Of a stretch of 64,000 bases of DNA, positions 60,315 through 64,000 are shown one piece after another. A program made the translations under genes and the position numbers. Source of the stretch: Clostridia bacterium (lineage in GTDB: Bacteria > Bacillota > Clostridia > Oscillospirales > CAG-272); the NCBI GenBank assembly GCA_017508425.1, contig JAFVYZ010000021.1, positions 68,749 through 132,748 on the forward strand. The letters are read 5' to 3'. The notes under the pieces were generated by a model that saw nothing but the letters and a program-made list of their open reading frames with translations, had not been told where the DNA came from and made no database searches. Every line of letters starts with the position of its first letter. Positions within the stretch are counted from its first letter, which is position 1.

Positions 60315-60767
60315 AAGAAAGTTCCTCTCACGTTATTTTTTGGAAATGCGCCGCAGGCGCTAAAAATGATATAATGATTTATTTATTTTTGTCGTAATCG
60401 TATTAGATGCGGGGGAAACTGTGGAAAACCTTACGAGAGCTTGAAAATAAAGGAAACGGGACGCTTTGTCGTAGGGCCTATGTCGCAGGAAAACAAGGAA
60501 ATTTTTGTCGCACGTCGTAAGAAATTTCGGAAAAACCGTTTTGGCAAAACGTGCGAACATTGCAGGTGCTTTTTTAAATTTCCGTTTTGTTGCGCTTTTT
60601 CGGCGATTTTTTCGGTTTTGGCAGGGTAAAAGCCCCGAAAACGGGCCGTATCCCTTGCTTTTACACAGGTGCACGAAGCCTTGTTCCTTCAAGCTTTCGG
60701 CGGTTTTTCACCGATTTTTTCAGGTTTTTCCACCGCTTTTCAGGGGAGTTTTCAAAAAAGGGGAAAA
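60315..60767. other. candidate oriC module (dnaA-dnaN intergenic region)
   Basis: 453 bp non-coding. Contains TGTGGAAAA (60420-60428), an adjacent G5 cluster (60411-60415), a T/A-rich 3-nt-periodic tract (60391-60408) and a ~30-bp AT tract (60361-60390). Further box-like 9-mers are TTTTACACA (~60660) and TTTTCCACC (~60726), plus the reverse complement of 60527-60539. Confidence 0.55.
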
Positions 60768-62171
60768 TCAGTTTCCGACAATCTCTTTTTTGATGTTATC
60801 TATGTCCGCGGCATACAGTGCGTCCTTGGCGATCTCCTTTTTGACCACCTCGAGCGAGGACATTACGGTGGAGTGATCGCGCCCGAAGATCTTACCGATG
60901 TTGGGGTAGGACATTTCGGTGATCTCGTGAATGAGGTAAACCGCAATGTGACGCGCCTTGGCAATTTCACGGGTGCGCTTTTTGCCGACCAGCTCTTCCT
61001 TGGGAATATTGAACTTCTTGTAAACGGCGGCAAAGATCTTGTCGATCGTGACGCTCAGGGGCTCGGTATCGCCGAGCAGGTCACTTACGCAATCCTTGGC
61101 CAGCTCCATGGTGATGTTGCGTCCGTCGATCATGCTCTTGGCAGCCAGCTTTTTGATGGCCCCCTCAAGCTTTCGAATGTTGGAGCGCAGGTTTTCAGCC
61201 AAAAAGGAAAGGACCTCATCGGGCAAGACAATATCCATATCCTCTACCTTTTTCTTGATGATCGCCGTGCGAAGCTCAAGATCGGGCAAGCCGATGTCGG
61301 CAAGAAGTCCCTGCTCGAAACGCGAGCGAAGACGCTCGGAGAGGGGATTGATGTCGCGGGGCGGACGGTCCGAGGCCAAAATGATCTGCTTGCCCTCGTT
61401 AAACAGGGTATCAAAGGTATTGAAGAACTCCTCTTGCGTGGAGTTTTTACCGGCAATAAACTGAATATCGTCGATCAGTAACACGTCGCATTCGCGGTAG
61501 CGGTCGCGGAAGACCGACATCGAGCGACTTGAAAGACACTCGATCATGTAGTTGACGAACTCCTCGCCCTTGGTATAAAGGACCTTGGCGTTCGGCGTTT
61601 GGCGAAGGATCTCGTTGACCACCGCATACATCAGGTGCGTTTTGCCGACACCCGAGGGGCCGTAGATAAACAGGGGGTTCCACTCGTTTGAGGGGTTGTT
61701 GGCCACCTTCCAGCACGCGGCGCGGGCAAACTTATTGGTTTCACCGACAATGAAGTTTTTAAAGGTGTAACGGGAGCGCAAGGCCTTTTCGGCACCGTCC
61801 TCAACGGGGGCGTTTTCGTAAAGCATTTGCTCCTTGAGGACCTGAACACCGGTTTCACCGAATTGCTGGCTTACGGTGTTCAGGAGCAGGATGTCAAGCG
61901 GATCATCCTCAGCGGCGTTGTGAAAGCCGATCGTCAGGTCCAGTCCGCATACCTCGGAAAACTTCTCCTCCAGTCGGGTCTTGTGCTTTTCGATAAGCTC
62001 ATTGGTGATAAAGGCGGATTTTGCGTCAAATACAAGGGTCTTGGTGGCGGCATCAAAGCTGGACGGGGAAATATTCCCGTACCAAAGGTTGCAAAAGGGC
62101 TCCGAATATTGCTCCTTGAGGGTCTCTTTTACCATATTCCACATGACCAATATTTCCTTTGGACATTCCAT
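60768..62171 (-). CDS. dnaA: chromosomal replication initiator protein DnaA
   Basis: Walker A 'GPSGVGKTHL'. Domain IV has 'IAVYLIHEITEMSYPNIGKIFGRDHSTVMSS'. GGAGA RBS. Confidence 0.95.
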   Translation of the reverse strand: MECPKEILVMWNMVKETLKEQYSEPFCNLWYGNISPSSFDAATKTLVFDAKSAFITNELIEKHKTRLEEKFSEVCGLDLTIGFHNAAEDDPLDILLLNTVSQQFGETGVQVLKEQMLYENAPVEDGAEKALRSRYTFKNFIVGETNKFARAACWKVANNPSNEWNPLFIYGPSGVGKTHLMYAVVNEILRQTPNAKVLYTKGEEFVNYMIECLSSRSMSVFRDRYRECDVLLIDDIQFIAGKNSTQEEFFNTFDTLFNEGKQIILASDRPPRDINPLSERLRSRFEQGLLADIGLPDLELRTAIIKKKVEDMDIVLPDEVLSFLAENLRSNIRKLEGAIKKLAAKSMIDGRNITMELAKDCVSDLLGDTEPLSVTIDKIFAAVYKKFNIPKEELVGKKRTREIAKARHIAVYLIHEITEMSYPNIGKIFGRDHSTVMSSLEVVKKEIAKDALYAADIDNIKKEIVGN

Positions 62172-62340
62172 ACCGTGATCTCCTCTTTTTTATTTTTGTC
62201 CGTGCTGCTACGACATATAATTTAAAGATATTATAACATAACTAACAAGTAATTTCAACTAAATATCTTATAAAATAATATAAAATATTAAAAATTCATA
62301 CATTTTTTACTTTTTCGGGGGACAAGTCTGCACAAAAAAC

Positions 62341-62369
62341 TTGATTTTCAAAAAAAGATAGTCTATACT
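62341..62369 (+). promoter_or_regulatory. sigma-A-type promoter for copA
   Basis: TTGATT (62341-62346), 17 nt spacer, TATACT (62364-62369). Confidence 0.55.
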
Positions 62370-62403
62370 AACAAATAGATAAGAAAGTGAGGTGACGTTT
62401 GAC

Positions 62404-64000
62404 GTGAAAAAGATCGGCTTTTCAGTGAAGGGGATGACCTGTGCCGCGTGTGTCGCGCACGTGGAGCGCGCCGCGCGTACCGTTCTTAAAGACCTGCCCT
62501 TTACGGTGAGCCTGCTGTCGGGCACACTCACACTGACGCTTCCCGACGGGCAAAATGAAAAAGAAATTTTTTCTTTATTAAAAAAAGCCTTAACAAGGGC
62601 GGGGTACGGCCTTGCCGAACTCCAACATGAGGATCCGCTTCGAGCCGAGAGGGAGGAAAAGGGCCGCGAAACGCGCCGCTTGATCTACTGCATTGTGCTT
62701 TCGGCCCTTTTGATGGCCGTGGCAATGTGGCACATGACGCCGTTGCCCCCTCCCTTTATCCTTGACGGGGCCAAATATCCCCGCGCCTTTTTCACGCTGC
62801 AGCTGGTATTGACCCTTGCGGTGGTCTTTTTACAGCGGCGCTTTTACAAAAACGGCTTTTCGGCACTTTTTCACGGCGCACCGAATATGGATTCGCTCGT
62901 GGCCGTCGGCTCCTTTGCCTCGCTCTTTTACGGGATCGTGGCCGGTGTTTTTATTTTTGTGGGTGTCGCCAAGGGCGATCACGCGTTGCTTCATAAATAT
63001 TTGCACGAGCTTTATCTTGAATCGGCGGCAATGATCCTCACACTCGTGTCGCTGGGAAAATATTTGGAGGGTCGCGCCCGACACCGCGCCGCGGGGGCCG
63101 TACGCGCCCTGATCGCGGAGGAGCCGAGTGAGGCCACGCGCATCGTAAGCGGCAAGGAAGAAACGGTTTTGCTGGCTGAGGTTGCCGTGGGAGACGTCTT
63201 GCTGGTGCGCCAGGGTGAAAAGATCCCCGTGGATGGGGTGATCCTCACGGGCGAGGGGAGTGTGGATGAGTCGATGCTCACGGGTGAGTCCTTGCCGCGC
63301 GAGGTGGCGCAGAGCGCCACCGTTTCGGGCGGTACGGTCCTTCGCTCGGGGACGCTTACCGTTAAGGCCACCGAGGTGGGTGAAAAAACCGCCCTCAGGC
63401 GCATTGTTGCGCTCCTTGAGGAGGCGGCAAGCGGCAAAGCACCGGCACAGCGTATTGCCGACCGCGTCAGCGCCGTGTTCGTGCCCTTGGTCCTTGCTCT
63501 ATCGTTGATCACGGCCGTCGTGTGGCTCCTTGCCACTCAAAACGTGTCGATGGCCTTTCGTACCGCCGTTTCGGTTTTGGTGATCTCCTGTCCCTGCGCG
63601 CTGGGGCTCGCCACTCCCACGGCCATCACCGTCGGGTGCGGCAGGGGGGCCAAATTCGGCATTCTCTTTAAAAGCGCCGAGGCGCTTGAGGCGGTGGCGT
63701 CCGTAAAGCTTCTTTTGACCGATAAAACAGGAACTCTGACCGAGGGTAAAATGACCGTGACCGATCACATTTGCGTGTCGGGGGATGCCGAGGAGCAACG
63801 GGTCCTGATCGCGTCGATGGAGTCTTTTTCCGCGCATCCGATCGCATCGGCACTTGCCGATCTGAGTCAAAAACGCATCCCGTTGCCTTATTTTCACGCC
63901 ATAACGGGCCTTGGCGTTTCGGCCAAGACCGAGGAGGGCATCGACCTTCTTGCCGGCCAGCCGGCCCTGTTTTCGGCCGATAGAGCCGCACTCCTCACCC
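62404..64000 (+). CDS. copA: copper-translocating P1B-type ATPase (5' part, runs off the window)
   Basis: Absent from the ORF track because it has no stop in the window. GTG 62404 follows GAGGTGA. I translated '[21 protein letters not shown]' (HMA domain), '[11 protein letters not shown]' (~63588) and '[11 protein letters not shown]' (~63721). Confidence 0.85.
   Translation, partial: MKKIGFSVKGMTCAACVAHVERAARTVLKDLPFTVSLLSGTLTLTLPDGQNEKEIFSLLKKALTRAGYGLAELQHEDPLRAEREEKGRETRRLIYCIVLSALLMAVAMWHMTPLPPPFILDGAKYPRAFFTLQLVLTLAVVFLQRRFYKNGFSALFHGAPNMDSLVAVGSFASLFYGIVAGVFIFVGVAKGDHALLHKYLHELYLESAAMILTLVSLGKYLEGRARHRAAGAVRALIAEEPSEATRIVSGKEETVLLAEVAVGDVLLVRQGEKIPVDGVILTGEGSVDESMLTGESLPREVAQSATVSGGTVLRSGTLTVKATEVGEKTALRRIVALLEEAASGKAPAQRIADRVSAVFVPLVLALSLITAVVWLLATQNVSMAFRTAVSVLVISCPCALGLATPTAITVGCGRGAKFGILFKSAEALEAVASVKLLLTDKTGTLTEGKMTVTDHICVSGDAEEQRVLIASMESFSAHPIASALADLSQKRIPLPYFHAITGLGVSAKTEEGIDLLAGQPALFSADRAALLT

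Overview
This window looks like the replication-origin-proximal region of a high-GC, spore-forming Clostridia chromosome, probably Oscillospiraceae/Ruminococcaceae-like. That assignment is an inference from gene content such as spoIIE, a split transketolase and the codon style. About 55 protein genes are supportable. They include dnaA-dnaN-recF-remB-gyrB-gyrA on the minus strand (53.2-62.2 kb) and mnmG-rsmG-(noc-like parB)-soj-spo0J-serS on the plus strand (42.3-49.7 kb). The rest is housekeeping: fba, thiI, aspS, guaA ATP-PPase part, tkt halves, uppP, rarA, holA, spoIIE and P-type ATPases. I saw no rRNA, tRNA, CRISPR array or intact IS. I did not recognise a clear multi-gene novel system such as a defence island. 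The most unusual observations are listed below.

1. The origin neighbourhood is rearranged. The dnaA block and the mnmG-parAB block converge on each other. rpmH-rnpA-yidC-jag-mnmE are absent and copA sits upstream of dnaA. DnaA-box-like 9-mers are spread over several intergenic regions, including an orphan ~410-bp non-coding stretch at 39.45-39.86 kb.
2. Three parS palindromes lie in a ~65-bp tandem repeat upstream of soj.
3. Two 'word-plus-hairpin' palindromic arrays occur at 24.4 kb and 30.4 kb. The second lies in an AT-rich islet that carries an Avd-like four-helix-bundle gene.
4. A second AT-rich islet holds a RAYT/IS200-like Y1 transposase gene interrupted by a single in-frame TGA, together with REP-like hairpins.
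5. A COG0523 GTPase carries seven near-perfect 36-bp repeats encoding HHHHDEECHCHE. It is followed by a COG0523-like/DUF1980-like fusion.
6. A solitary MazF/EndoA-type toxin has a C-terminal tail and no visible antitoxin.
7. A yybP-ykoY-like (Mn2+) leader precedes a P-type ATPase.

All family assignments rest on motif recognition by eye. No searches, folding or skew calculations were run.
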